Below are positions 15,768-29,162 of a DNA stretch of 64,000 nucleotides, in pieces. The stretch is from the human T2T-CHM13v2.0 reference genome, Homo sapiens, in NCBI RefSeq assembly GCF_009914755.1, contig NC_060930.1; one strand, written 5' to 3'. The translations under genes were made by a program, and so were the position numbers. Position 1 is the stretch's first letter; every line of letters starts with the position of its first letter. Below the pieces are notes generated by a model that was given only the letters and a program-made list of their open reading frames with translations, did no database searches and was not told the origin of the DNA.

Positions 15768-16328
15768 AGCATTATGCTATTTAAATTGTAACTGCACATA
15801 CCCCAAGACCTGGCAATTCTATTTTGAGGAATTTATCTTACAGATGTAATGTAAGTATTATATATTGCAACATTATTTACAGTAGTGTTTAGAAATGTAT
15901 AAGTGCACATGATTAGAAGCTTGGTTAAATAAATTAGAGTTCATTTATGAAATAAAATACTTTGGCCATTAAGAAATGAAGCTCTTTAATGACAAGGAAA
16001 GATCTCTAAAACATGTTAAATGAAAAAGGCAGGTTTGGAATATATATATATATGGTGTTTTTCTTGTATTTACAGGAAATATTCACTAGTAAAACTGGTG
16101 CCTACAAAACAGAAGTTGGATAGTTGGAAGTTTTGCTGTATAGTCTTACGTACTTCTTAATTTTTAAACCATCATTATATATATACTATTCAAAATAATG
16201 TAAATATCTTTAATTATTGATTAGATCCTCAGAAGCATACTTTCGAGAAAATAAAGAGTTGTCACATTTTCGTGGCAAAAATGTCTCAGCATAATAGACA
16301 ATAGATGTTAAAGATGCTGTTATTTCAG

Positions 16329-16427
16329 GTAGAAGCAGTAAGTACTTCAGTGCAGGACTCAAGTGTACTTGTACAGAGAAGCACACTGGACCTCATACTC
16401 TTCTGTTTTCCATTCCACATGAGTCAG
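16329..16427 (+). CDS. DOP1A: DOP1A exon 5 (VEAVSTSVQD...FPFHMSQ)
   Basis: tttcag|, CAG|gtaaaa, 99 nt, phase 0 to 0. Confidence 0.95.
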
Positions 16428-18446
16428 GTAAAATATTAACGCCGATGTTATTATAAGGCATTCTTGGAAAACTGTAGATTGATAATGTGTAGTTATTTTT
16501 TAAAGGCATGTGTGTTGAATTCTTCTTGTATAAATCAGTAAGCGCATGGAAAATAAGTTCCTTCTTAAGGAGTGGAATTTGTTGTGAAAAAAAACTAAAG
16601 ATAAAAGCTTCACTGATTTGATAAGAATATGGTCATTGAAGTAGATTATTTCATACTTTTGAAAAAAGTTGTAACATATAAAAAGCAAGAGGTTCTCTAT
16701 TGCTAACTCTGAGTAAGCCAAGACTGAGACCCAGCCATCATCTGTACTGGTGTTATGTTATCTTGTTTTGGTGATTTTAACATGCATGCCAGACCCTTGG
16801 CAGAGTTGACTATAACTTAAGAGCCACATGTTTAGCCACTGTGATATTCTATAGTACTTTTATTACAAATAAGTGCAACTAAGTTGACAAATAATAAATG
16901 AAGTTCATTCCTAGAACTTAATTTAATCAGTGCCCTCATTTTAAAAGAAAGGATCTAAATTCCTTTGACTTATAAACCTTGATGAAGAGTGATTTACAGC
17001 ACCAGTATATAGGCATTCAGAATGGTGGAACTACATACCTAACAAAAGTAATAAGATATAGAGAATATCTACCTTGGAAAAGTAAATTTATTCCTAAAAA
17101 GGACTATTATTTGAGGTTTTCATAAGAACTGTGATTAATAGATAACTGTAGTGAATTTGCATTATGACTGGCCAATTTTTTATTCATTATTTTATTAACA
17201 TTTTTCTTTTACTTATTTAATTTGATATTGAAATATTAATAACTAAATAATTCTACTCTTCCTTGTCTATACTTTGACTAATTGGAACATAAACCACTCT
17301 GTTTCTATTTTGAGACTTTCACCCTTCAACCAAGGGACTTTATTCTGCCCTCTGGCTTTTCACAAAAACAACTGTTGAGTCATCTCAGCGTAATCTAAAT
17401 TTACCAATGCTCTATTATAGGGATGGCCAAACAGCAGCTCATAAGTTAAGAAAGATTTATGTTTTTTTAAACACTTAGAAAACAAAGAAGAATATGCCAA
17501 AGCAATGTATGTGATCTGAAAGTCTAAATTATGTACTGTCTGGATCTTTATCCAAAAAATTTATTGACTTTCCTCTTGAACTTTTCCCATTGCTTTCTTA
17601 CTTTCCAAACATTCAACATCATTAGGCCCTCAATTGACAGATGTCTCAACAAGATCTGAGGAATTAAGTCATAGTAGACTCAAGAATAACTTAATTTGTA
17701 ATCTTAATATATCAGCGTTTCCTAAGCTTTTCTCAGCCTGTACTTTCTTACTCTGCCTTTTCTGTATTCCTGCCAGCCAAAATGTTCTAGATTCTTATAT
17801 TCTATAATATGTATTATGGAAACAATAGCTTCGTTGAATGTGTTTTTTAAAAGTATACACCCAGTTCTAATAATCTTATAATTCTAATACTTTTCTCCCC
17901 ACTATGCTACCAAATTCTAATATAGTTCTCCCTATTACTGTACCAAACTGAATAAGGATTATGACGTAGGTACCTTAGTGTTCCACTTTCCCTCTTTCTA
18001 TGTCTTACATATAATAGAATACAATCCAAGTATGGATTGTATTATAATTGTGACTTAACAGTGCCTTCATTACCATATCCCAAAAGGATGATAGTTGTTA
18101 GGAACTTCAGCAGTGGGATGGACTGCTACACTTCTTTAACTTGTTTCCTGGAAAGCTCACCCAAATCTGTAGTACTTACACCTTTGAGATTATAATAGAC
18201 TTTTTTTCATATTAGAAATAGATGGTGATATCAATTGTAATCAAGAAGCAACTTCTTTTTTAAATTTATTTTTTAATGGACATGAATTGTATATATTGAT
18301 CCTGTACAACATGATGTTTGAAATATGTATACATTCTGGAATCTGTAAATGGAGCTAATTAACATTCATTACCTCACACAATTAATTTTTACAGTGAGAA
18401 CACTTAAAATGTACTCTGAGCAGTTTTTAAGAATACAATACATTGT

Positions 18447-18744
18447 GGCCGGGTGTGGTGGCTCACGCCTGTAATCCCAGCACTTTGGGAGGCCGAGGCA
18501 AGCGGATTACGAGGTCAGGAGATCGAGACCATCCTGGCTAACACGGTGAAACCCCGTCTCTACTAAAAATACAAAAAAAATTAGCAGGGCATGGTGGCGG
18601 GCGCCTGTAGTCCCAGCTACTCGGGAGGCTGAGGCAGGAGAATGGCGTGAACCCGGGAGGGGGAGCTTGCAGTGAGCAAGTGATCGTGCCACTGCACTCC
18701 AGCCTGGCGACAGAGCAAGACTCTGTCTCAAAAAAAAGAAAAAG
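18447..18744 (+). mobile_element. AluY inserted in an old L1MA-type 3' fragment
   Basis: Y diagnostics gagatcgagaccatcctggctaacacgg and gaatggcgtgaacccggg; TSD agaatacaatacattg. Confidence 0.93.
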
Positions 18745-19534
18745 AGAATACAATACATTGCTAACAACTATAGTTACCGTGTTGTACCGTAGATCTTTTT
18801 GAACTTATTTTTCCCATCTGAAATTTTTTATCCTTTGACTAACATCTTCTACTTTCTGCTTTCTTAAGTAGTTTTTCTCCCAAAATAAGATGGGGAGACA
18901 TTTGTACTTTTAAAGATTTTGTGACAATATAATCTTCATATCTTATGTTGGATAGATCAGAAGTTCTCAAATGTTTTAGTTGTAGAACCCCATTACACTC
19001 TTTAAAAGTACAGAAGGTCCTCAAAAATCTTTTGCTTGTATTGGTTAGATCATCTATTGTGATTTGTTCTTTTGGTTAAAGTATATGAAGAAAATCTGAT
19101 CTCACATTGATATGTAGTTGGAAAATCGAGGAGTATTTCAGTAGCATTTTCCGTTAAAATTACATATTCTTTGATATTATACCAAAACTTCGAAGCTGTA
19201 GATTTTAAAAATTAGTTACAATATTAAGTCTTAAACCACATCAATGAACTTTTCATATTCTATTCCACTAAAATCCACTGGTCTATCTTGTACTTTCAGT
19301 GGCTCTTTCAGTCATATGTGCTTTTGTAACTTCATGATTGGATATTAAGGAAATACTGGTTTATTGAATTATGCAGATTTTCCAAATGTTTTCACATTTT
19401 ATTGTACAATACCAATCATGTTTATTACTATTGCCACTGATCTCATCAGTAAAGATTTTTAGATATTGGGAGAAACTTTTAAGCCCAGTATTGAGAAGCT
19501 TTCAACCAATTCAAATCAAAACAATACAATTTCA

Positions 19535-19845
<311 letters not shown>

Positions 19846-20079
19846 CTAAATGCAAGTTTTCCATAATTCTACTTTTCTCCTAGAAGCCCAACTTTTATTA
19901 TTTGTCACGATTAATGTTATTTTCCTTGCAATGTCAGGCTCACTTTGAGGAAATGACTACAAAATGTCCAGGCCTGAATAATCATAATTCATATTAGTAA
20001 TTCTTCGGGTAAAAATGGCATTCTTTGAGAAAGCTGGTAGTTAAGCTCACAACTCAGTTATACAATTGCTTTTCCTTAA

Positions 20080-20455
<376 letters not shown>

Positions 20456-21893
20456 ACATCAGAAATACTTTAAGTGAATCTTTCACTCTATTATACAGAA
20501 TATTAAAAGACATGCACTCAAAGGTTGATACTTATTTTTTGATTTTACTGCAAGTACATGGCTGTGAAAATATAATGATTACAAGTATAGTAGGTGCAGC
20601 TGCTATGCTGCCTCTTTTCATGCTAAGGTGCCAGCAGTTTTATCCACTATTGCATGATCAGGGCATATGTCAACAAAACAAAAAGCCCAATAACATCTTT
20701 GTATTGTTATGAATATGCATAGTTTTATTTGTTATGAATATGAATAGCTGGTTTTTACTTTGTGCACCCCCTGAAAAAGTCTTAGAGATACCTAGGGGTC
20801 TTGAACCATACTTTCAGAATTGTACAGATCAATAGAAGGCATTTGTGTTCAAAGGAGTGAACCTAATTCGTCAATTGTTGGTGATCTGTGTTCTGTATCA
20901 TCTCAGTTATTTCTCTAAGGTTCCTTTAACACAAATGAGCTGGGTAAATCCTTTCTAATTCTATCAAGAAGCATGATATAGGACAAAGTTCACTGGTCTG
21001 TGATTAAGGAGAAGTGAGTTCTCCATCTAGCTGGGGCACTAACCAGGCATTTGAATTTGGCTAAGCACTTAGCCAAAACCTCAAGAACCTGTGAGGTTTA
21101 GATTCTTTACTTATAGAGTGGTTGTTAAACTAGTCAGTTTCCACATTATCATCTAATTCTCAGATTCCAAGATTATATTGTAAAGTGATTATCTGGCAGT
21201 ATTCTTAAAATTAATAGCAAGTTAGTTGCTTTTCTTCTATTTTGATTTTTATAAATTTACCTCTTTTAGCTAAAACCCAGATCTCCTTTAATCATTTTTT
21301 TAAACGTTGAATTAAGGATATTGGGAAAAAAGAAAAAAATTATTTCTCTTAAAAAGAAATGGAACAAAATGAGAGAAAAATTAAGATTGTTAAAGCTGGA
21401 TGATTGGTAGAAAACGGTTTATTATTTTGTTTTCTGTATTTTTTGATATGTTTAAAATACTACAAGATAAAAATTTTTAAAAAGAATAAAGAGTGGATGA
21501 AGATAGTAACCTTCTCAGGAGTTTATAGTCAGTTGACAACGTTATAAATGTGAAAGACTAATGGCATATCATTTTCTTGTGTCTGTCCCATCTTGCTTCA
21601 TTTTATTTGTTTTATGTCAGAATTTGCTTTTATTATATAGACAAAGAACTTTAAACTGTAAGTTAAAATAATTAAGTTATAGTTTCAGTTATGCAGCTAA
21701 ATAGCCATGTTACCTAACTTTCTTCCTGTTTCCTAATCTGTAAAATGGAAGTAATATCCTGTGTTTGAAATAATCCATGAAAGTACTCCATACACCCTAA
21801 TATTCTAAGCATATTTCAGGGCATTTTTTAAAGAGGAAAAAAATAATATATATTGTATATTGCTAAGTACAACCATATTCCTAACTCTTTCAG

Positions 21894-21993
21894 GCCACTC
21901 GACCGGATATGATCAGGATCTTGTCAGCAGCCCTTCATGTAGTGCTAAGGAGGGATATGTCTCTGAATCGAAGACTTTATGCATGGCTTCTTG
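21894..21993 (+). CDS. DOP1A: DOP1A exon 6 (ATRPDM...[16 protein letters not shown])
   Basis: ctttcag|, |gtaggt, 100 nt; conserved Dopey motif [16 protein letters not shown]. Confidence 0.96.
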
Positions 21994-22753
21994 GTAGGTA
22001 TTTGATGTCTGTGGTCATGATTGGGGAAAAAATGGAGGGAGATTTGTCATGTATAAGTATTACCAAGTTGTATGTATGTCCTGAATTTAAAAACTAAAAT
22101 CTCTTGTGTAAATGGACAATAAAAATATAAACAGTATTAGTTGTGTATTGTATGAAGAAATTTCAGCAGCTTTATATTTGAAGAGTCTATTTGAATTCAT
22201 AAAGTCATGTTCCCTTGTCCTTAACAAGATGTTTTTCCCCTTACAAATTGAGATGGTTGTATATAAGTTAGTAGGCAAAGAAGGATGAGCTAATAATCAA
22301 AATACTGTCCAAAACTTTGAATTCATCAAAGGAATCAGGACTAGTACCATTGTCTTACACATCATACAGTGTCCCACTCAGGCAGTAATACATATGTACA
22401 CTTTGGTCGTCCATGCTTTTTGTGTGTTTTGTCTGTCTTCACAACTCTTTACTGCCTAGAGTGAGGGGACATAATATAACTTATTGTGGATGTTCTGAGT
22501 ATTCAGTTATTTCACTGTTAGTAAAATTGGCCAAAAAATAAAAAGGATAATTCTGGAAGAATACTATGATACTTATGTATTGAATTGGTTTCCCTTTATT
22601 AAACTATCTAAAATGATCTCTCTTGCTGACATTGAATGGGCTACTAATTGGTAAGTGTTTAGTGCTGTTCTGAGATTTTGCTGTTTTGGTATTTAGTGAA
22701 CAACAGTTTTGAGAATTCCATTTTAAGTAATTTTGTGATTTGTTTCCATGGAG

Positions 22754-22863
22754 GTTTTGATAACAACGGTGCTATCATAGGACCCAGAAGCACAAGACAC
22801 AGTAATCCTGAAGAACATGCCACTTACTATTTCACTACCTTTTCAAAAGAATTATTAGTCCAG
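22754..22863 (+). CDS. DOP1A: DOP1A exon 7 (FDNNGAIIG...KELLVQ)
   Basis: 110 nt, phase 1 to 0, CAG|gtaatg donor; acceptor is an unusual catggag|. Confidence 0.9.
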
Positions 22864-23688
22864 GTAATGAATACTTTTATTATTCTTTGGTTACTTACTG
22901 ACCACTAGAGGTAGTGAAAAAGTGTAAGACGAGGTCTTGCCTTAATTGAATTCACAGTTGAAGGGGTGGAGACAAGACTTACAAACTTCCCAAGAATTTT
23001 TATAACAAGAAAATTCCTGTAAAATGATAATCATATGTTAGACTACCATGTAAGACAAAAGACTTTTTTTCTCTTACTTTGTTGTTTTCATTACTTTATT
23101 AAAACATAGTTGTAGCTTCTCACCTGTCTGCTCAATGGAAGTTGGAGCTTTTCCAAAAATGAGTCAGGACCTGTGCTATTTCCTGTGAAGCTCTGGAGAA
23201 GTTTATTTCATATTATTTTTAATTCAATTATATTTATTTAAGATATTTGAAATAGAAGAAAATACATGGTATCTGAAGCATTTTTAAATGAGTGAGGTTA
23301 TAAGAATATAGTTGTTAAGTCACTAACGGGAAAATAATTGCCTAATAGCAGACACTGCCATGATAATGTGGCATAGTTCTGAGAAGAATGATCTTAAATA
23401 GAAATTCATCTGTAGGGAAAACACTCAGCTCATGAATATATTTTTCTAAATTTTCTTTGATATTCCACTATGTCTAAAGAAAATTTAGACACTTTTTTTC
23501 TCAAGATAGATAAATAATATTTTTTTCCTAGCAGAGTAAGAAGGCCAAGGTTGGTGAAAAGGCTTCAGAAAAGCAATAGTGGGTATAAGTCTCCGTTATA
23601 TATGGTTGCATTTAAAAATACTTTTTCTTAAGGAAAAAATATTTGAATATGTTTACTTAAATGACCAGTGTACTTTCCTTTTTTAAAG

Positions 23689-23797
23689 GCAATGGTGGGA
23701 ATCTTACAAGTGAATGGATTTGGAGAAGAGAACACTCTAATGCAGGATCTAAAGCCTTTTCGCATTTTAATCAGTTTACTGGACAAACCTGAGCTAG
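23689..23797 (+). CDS. DOP1A: DOP1A exon 8 (AMVGILQ...KPFRILISLLDKPELG)
   Basis: ttttaaag|, |gtaatg, 109 nt; conserved PFRILISLLDKPE motif. Confidence 0.96.
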
Positions 23798-24935
23798 GTA
23801 ATGTATACTGTCCTAGGGCATAAGGTCATGTGTGGTACTTTTGTGTTAATAAGAAAATAAAAAGAGTCATCAGGGAAATTGTTATATTTTGAGGTGGCCT
23901 TTAAATATAAGTTCTCAACAATTTCTTAAAGTTCACTCTACAAAGTTAAGATACAGGTATTCATCCACCTGATACGTTATTATGTATCTGTCTTGTGGTA
24001 TGTATGTAGCAGAAGAATCCCTTTAAAGATGCTATCTAAGCTTCTCTTAATCCTGATTGTATTACTGAAATTAAAACATTAATCCATCATGAGCAATTTA
24101 TAGTTCACAGAATCCAAGGACTTGAGGAAAATATTTGAGTTATATCCCTCAGCTTTCTTCTCCACATTCCCTTTATTTTGCATGTTCTCTCTTTATCCAT
24201 TGTATATTTCTTATATATTATGGCACTTGAGACAGAAATTAGTAAAAAACATAAATATTTACAGCAATAAAATGAAATCATAAAGTATGTAATTTCTTCA
24301 AATTATATACAGATGTTTTAGCAGGTGTCTTCTCACCATTTTTTAAACATGAAAAATTTAAAATATAAGAATAACTTGAATTATATAAATGGTCTTGAGA
24401 GGTGTTTTAGCTGTTATGATAACAGATGAAGCTCAGGAATTTTTTTAAGGAAATCTGTAATAGCAAGAAAATTTAGCCTTATGCATTTTAGTATTATTTA
24501 AATTAATAGCAGTAATTACAAGTAGCTTTTGTTGAATACTTATTATATTCTAGAAACTATGCTACCCATCTTACAAATATTTTTTCTAACCCTTAACAGT
24601 CCTGTAAATTTTGGTATTATCCTCATTCTGGATGAGGAAACTAAAGCTCAAAGAAGTTAAATAACTTGTCTAATGTAACAGAACTATTAACTGGCAAAAC
24701 CAATTTCTCTGATTCTGTAATTTCTATTGTGTCAACCTGCACTTTAAATATTTGTTCAGTTATGTAATATCTTATATTACCTTCTCAAAGAAGTGTGAAT
24801 TTAGCTTAGCTTCTGAAGAAATACTATTTTAAAAATACTTGTTTTTAAAACATTGTTTCATTGGGCCAATTTTCAGATAAGCATGATTTGCTCATGCTGA
24901 TTAATTACTGTCTTTAATTTGAATATTAATTTTAG

Positions 24936-25056
24936 GACCTGTAATTCTAGAAGATGTCCTGATTGAAGTGTTTAGAACATTATATTCTCAATGCAAAGCA
25001 GAGTTGGATCTTCAAACTGAACCACCCTTCAGCAAGGATCATGCTCAGTTAAGCAG
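24936..25056 (+). CDS. DOP1A: DOP1A exon 9 (PVILEDV...DHAQLSS)
   Basis: ttttag|, CAG|gtggat, 121 nt, phase 1 to 2. Confidence 0.94.
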
Positions 25057-25868
25057 GTGGATTATCAAAAAATTAAATGTGACATGAAGACATAATATGT
25101 ATTCACTTAATATAAACTTGAAGTGTAATAACTTGGGATCCTACTCTATGAAGTTTGTGTTCTAATAAGTAAAGCTGATTTAATACTAGTAAAGCTGATT
25201 TAATACTGACATACTAGTTGTATTGACAGTGCCTCACTATATAAAGACAATTGTTTTAATTGTTACAAAAGACAGGAGGAGGAAATAGGTAATAGGCTAA
25301 AGGGTTGCCACTTGAAATAACAAAGTTCTTTTTCCCTGATGCAATTTCAGTAATAGTGGCTATTAACAGCACTAGTTGGTTTTGTTGTTGTTGTTTTTCA
25401 AACTAAGAATAATAATTTGATTGAAACTGGTCAAGGTAAACCTTTCTTAAGAAAATCCTGAATAGCACAGGGAAGCAGACAAAATTCTTCACAATCAAGG
25501 CTGTGAAAATCAAATCACTACTCAGTTTGTATGTGCCAAGGGAAATAAAAGAATTTTGCCAAATTTACAGTCCCACACACTAAATAGTTCAAAAAGAAAT
25601 TCTTGTTCTTTTGTCTTTTTTATTATGCAGAAACTGTGCAAGTCTCATTTCTGATCTTGATGTTTGACAAAAATTCAAATTTGAAAAAATAACTGCCCAT
25701 AAAATGATAGGAGAGTGGCAGTAGATAAAAATTATTTGTTGCAATCTTCTTACTAGCACATTTTCTAGCAACTACCTAGGAATATGTACTGGCACTGCAC
25801 TCAAATTTAAATTTGAAAAAACAAATGTTAATATTTTTTAGTTTTTGTTTTCTTTTCTCTTTTTTCAG

Positions 25869-25988
25869 TAAATTAAGAGAAAATAAGAAAACAGCAGAGC
25901 TGATTAAAACTGCTAACCTTCTCTTTAATTCCTTCGAACCTTATTATATGTGGGATTATGTTGCACGCTGGTTTGAAGAATGTTGTAG
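25869..25988 (+). CDS. DOP1A: DOP1A exon 10 (KLRENKK...FEECCR)
   Basis: Long T tract + cag|, |gtatgt, 120 nt. Confidence 0.96.
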
Positions 25989-27713
25989 GTATGTTAAACT
26001 TTCATTCCTTTTAATTTCGTAACATCTAAAGCTAACCTTTGGGTTTTTTTTAAGTTGTTACATTTAATGAATGTTCTTTTATACATTCTATTACTAATAA
26101 TAACTGTTACTTACTATCCATAATCTGACTCTACCTTGTCACATAGGATATAAAATCATTGATCATATAATCTTAGAATTGGAAGGGAGTTTAGAGATCA
26201 GTTATTCATACACCAGAGTAGATTAAAAATTTTCCGTCTTCAGTCTATAGTAATCCAGTTTTTTTGTTGTTGTAGAAAAGATAGCAAATTTTTGGCTGCT
26301 GCCTCAGCACACTTTTCCAAAAGGATTTCCACTTTGATTAACAAAAAACTTTTTGGCCTGACTTGTGTTTTTAAAGCCATTAGAACTAATCCATGCTGTC
26401 ACTGGGAAGTGATAAAAGCCTTCTACCCCTTAGCAAATAAAGCAAAAAATATGGTCTGAAAACCCTAGGATACTAGTGAATCTGAGTGGAATCTCTGTCT
26501 GGCTTCTAGACCAGATCCTCTCAACCAGATTAACCACTCAAGGCCCAGGAGCATGTAGTCAAAATGTAATTATGTACGATTTCAGCATTAGAAGTCTTTT
26601 AATAAAAAATGTTAATTGTTGCTCCTACACATTAATCTCTTTAGTGGTTTAGAAAGTTCCTAGCTTATTCAGCAGAGGTTGAGCACCCAGTTAAAAAGCA
26701 TCATGCTAGGCAGATAGACAGTCCCTGTCTTCAAAGATCTTATAGTGGGAACAAATAAGACATGCACGCGTATATTCCTAGTATTAAAAATTACAAATGT
26801 CTTAATAGATTAAAATGTAGGAATCATATTTTTTTGCCGCCTGGCCCTACCCTGGGTTTTTACCTTCTACATTCACAAATGCACACATCCACACTTCTTC
26901 AGCCAACCTGGACTATTCTCTGAAAGTTAGCAGCATTTTAACTTTCATTCTGCTGAGGCTTCACTTGTGCTATTCCTTCTGAAATACTCTTTCCCCTTGC
27001 CTATCTGCTAAAATCCTATGTAGAGGTTACCCACCTTTCCTTCCTTTCCTCAAATAGCCTATCAGAATCAATGCCTCCACACTGTCACATTGTTGCTTTT
27101 ATTTGTCTACATGCTTATATTCTTGTTGGTCAGGGACTATATTATATTCTTACTTTGTGTCTTCAGAGTGGAGGGCAATGTATGGTCATATAGGATTTCT
27201 ATGATTTAATGTGAATGTTTGTTGGAGGAATGATCTCTACTACTTGGATCAGAAGAGGCTTCCTGGAGGAGGTAACATTTGATCTCAGACTTTGAAGGAC
27301 AGATGCATTCTGATCATGGGAAAATGAGATTGGGGAGGACAGTAGTACAGAAGGACAAATGAGCCTATTTTAAGACCCAAGGTTAGAAATCAAGTAGCAG
27401 TTAATCACTGTTAACTAGGAGGTGATATCTATACAGGAAGCAATGGGAAATAAGTCCCAGAAAGTGAGATCCATTCAGAACACTTCGAAGTACAGGATGG
27501 GAGTTACAGGGAGAGGATCAGCCTAGGAATCTTGCTTTGAGAATTTTCCATGAAGAGGTACAGTGGCCTGGGGGAAATAAAATATGTCATCACAAAAACA
27601 TTACTGTGTGTGACCCAATATTGACTTGGACTTCATTAGAAGGATGATGATGCTGTCACAGGTATTCACATCACTTGACAGTATACTTAATAAAGTGAAT
27701 TTTGTCCTTTTAG

Positions 27714-27828
27714 GAGGACACTGCATGTGAGACTTCAGATTGGACCTGGAGATAGTAATGACTCATCTGAATTACAGCTGACCAATTTCTGCTTACTGGT
27801 GGATTTTTTGTTGGACATAGTTTCTTTG
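27714..27828 (+). CDS. DOP1A: DOP1A exon 11 (RTLHVR...LDIVSL)
   Basis: cctttttag|, TTG|gtaaga, 115 nt, phase 2 to 0. Confidence 0.95.
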
Positions 27829-28174
27829 GTAAGACCACCTTGGTAAGAAAATATCAAGGAAATCGAATAACGTAGTTCAAATATTTCGTGTTGTAGGCAA
27901 GCCTTCAGATACATTTCATCTTTAAAATTAAATTGATTTTTTCCTCTTTGGTAAGCTTTTTTCATAAGATCTTTCAAGTGTTTGTCCTTTGACATATACA
28001 TATAAAAAATACATGGAGTAAACTTCATAATTGCATGTTATAAAATCTTAACTGTTTAGTGTATAGTGGTCTAATGCTGCATTTATATTAATATTATTTC
28101 TATTAAATGAAGACTTTTGGAAATCTTTTCCCTTCTGTTTTCTCTCCTCACTTCTTTGCTTTCTCATTTTGAAG

Positions 28175-28204
28175 CCTACTAGAAGTATGAGGGTGCTGTG
28201 TCAG
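28175..28204 (+). CDS. DOP1A: DOP1A 30-nt microexon (PTRSMRVLCQ), probably alternative
   Basis: Long pyrimidine tract + gaag|, CAG|gtatga, symmetric phase 0 to 0, no stop; peptide matches my recollection of the DOP1A protein. Confidence 0.85.
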
Positions 28205-28508
28205 GTATGACATTCAGCCTGTTTTGTTTTTAAATGATTCTATTTATTTTTGTTATATTATAATTTTAGTAATGTAGCAGATAAAACTGGGGTTATTTTA
28301 TAATATATGCTTTGAAGTATTTAAATTGAGAATTTGGGAATAGAAATTTTATAAGGCATCAGTAATAAAATATACAGTGTTAATTAAGAGCATGATGCAT
28401 ATAAAACATTATGGATGAGTAAAATCATTGCCTATTTATATAGATTAAAAAATGTAACTTTTGGTTTCCACATTGTTTAAACTTTTTTCATTTCACTTTT
28501 ATTTTCAG

Positions 28509-28742
28509 GAGACTTACATTGAAATCCAGACAGAACACTTGCCCCAGTTGCTGCTCAGAATGATTTCTGCCTTGACAAGCCATCTCCAGACATTGCACTT
28601 ATCTGAACTCACAGATTCTCTCAGACTCTGCTCAAAGATCCTTAGCAAGGTTCAGCCTCCACTGTTATCTGCTAGCACTGGAGGTGTTTTGCAGTTTCCA
28701 AGTGGGCAGAACAATTCAGTCAAAGAGTGGGAAGACAAAAAG
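28509..28742 (+). CDS. DOP1A: DOP1A exon 13 (ETYIEIQTEHLPQ...EWEDKK)
   Basis: ttttcag|, AAG|gtaatt, 234 nt. Confidence 0.96.
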
Positions 28743-28919
28743 GTAATTTTAACTATTATTTTTGGTATTAGACTGTTCATATTTCTTCAAAGCAGAACAG
28801 TTACTTAGTAAAATCACTTATACATAAGCATTTAAATAATAGTGAGTCTTTCCTAGATCCAAATGCAGTGTTAGTAGGCTTGTAGGCTTTTGGTTATAGG
28901 GCAGTTTAATTATCTTTAT

Positions 28920-29162
28920 CAGTACTTTCCAGTAGAAGTATCATGTGAATGGCATATGTAATTCAATTTTCTAGTACCCACATTAAAGTAAAAAGCAGGT
29001 AAAGTTAATTTTAATTCTAGTTTATTTGGACAATTGTAGCCAATATATTATTTCAATGTAATCTATATAAAATTGATGTCATATAAATAAGTGAGGTAGC
29101 TTACATGATTTTTTTGTACTCTCTTCAAGATCTAGTGTGCATTTTACACTTACAGCACATCT
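28920..29162. mobile_element. MER33-like hAT MITE (partial)
   Basis: cagtactttccagtagaa...ttttctagtacccacattaaa...tagtgtgcattttacacttacagcacatct. Confidence 0.7.

Noticed and set aside
21056-21077. 10-bp perfect hairpin tttggctaag-ca-cttagccaaa
   Set aside because: Short, inside MIR-like sequence, and near chance expectation for 64 kb of AT-rich DNA
21994-22753. U12-type (minor) intron as the explanation for the odd acceptor
   Set aside because: Donor GTAGGT does not match RTATCCTT, and there is no TCCTTAAC branch site
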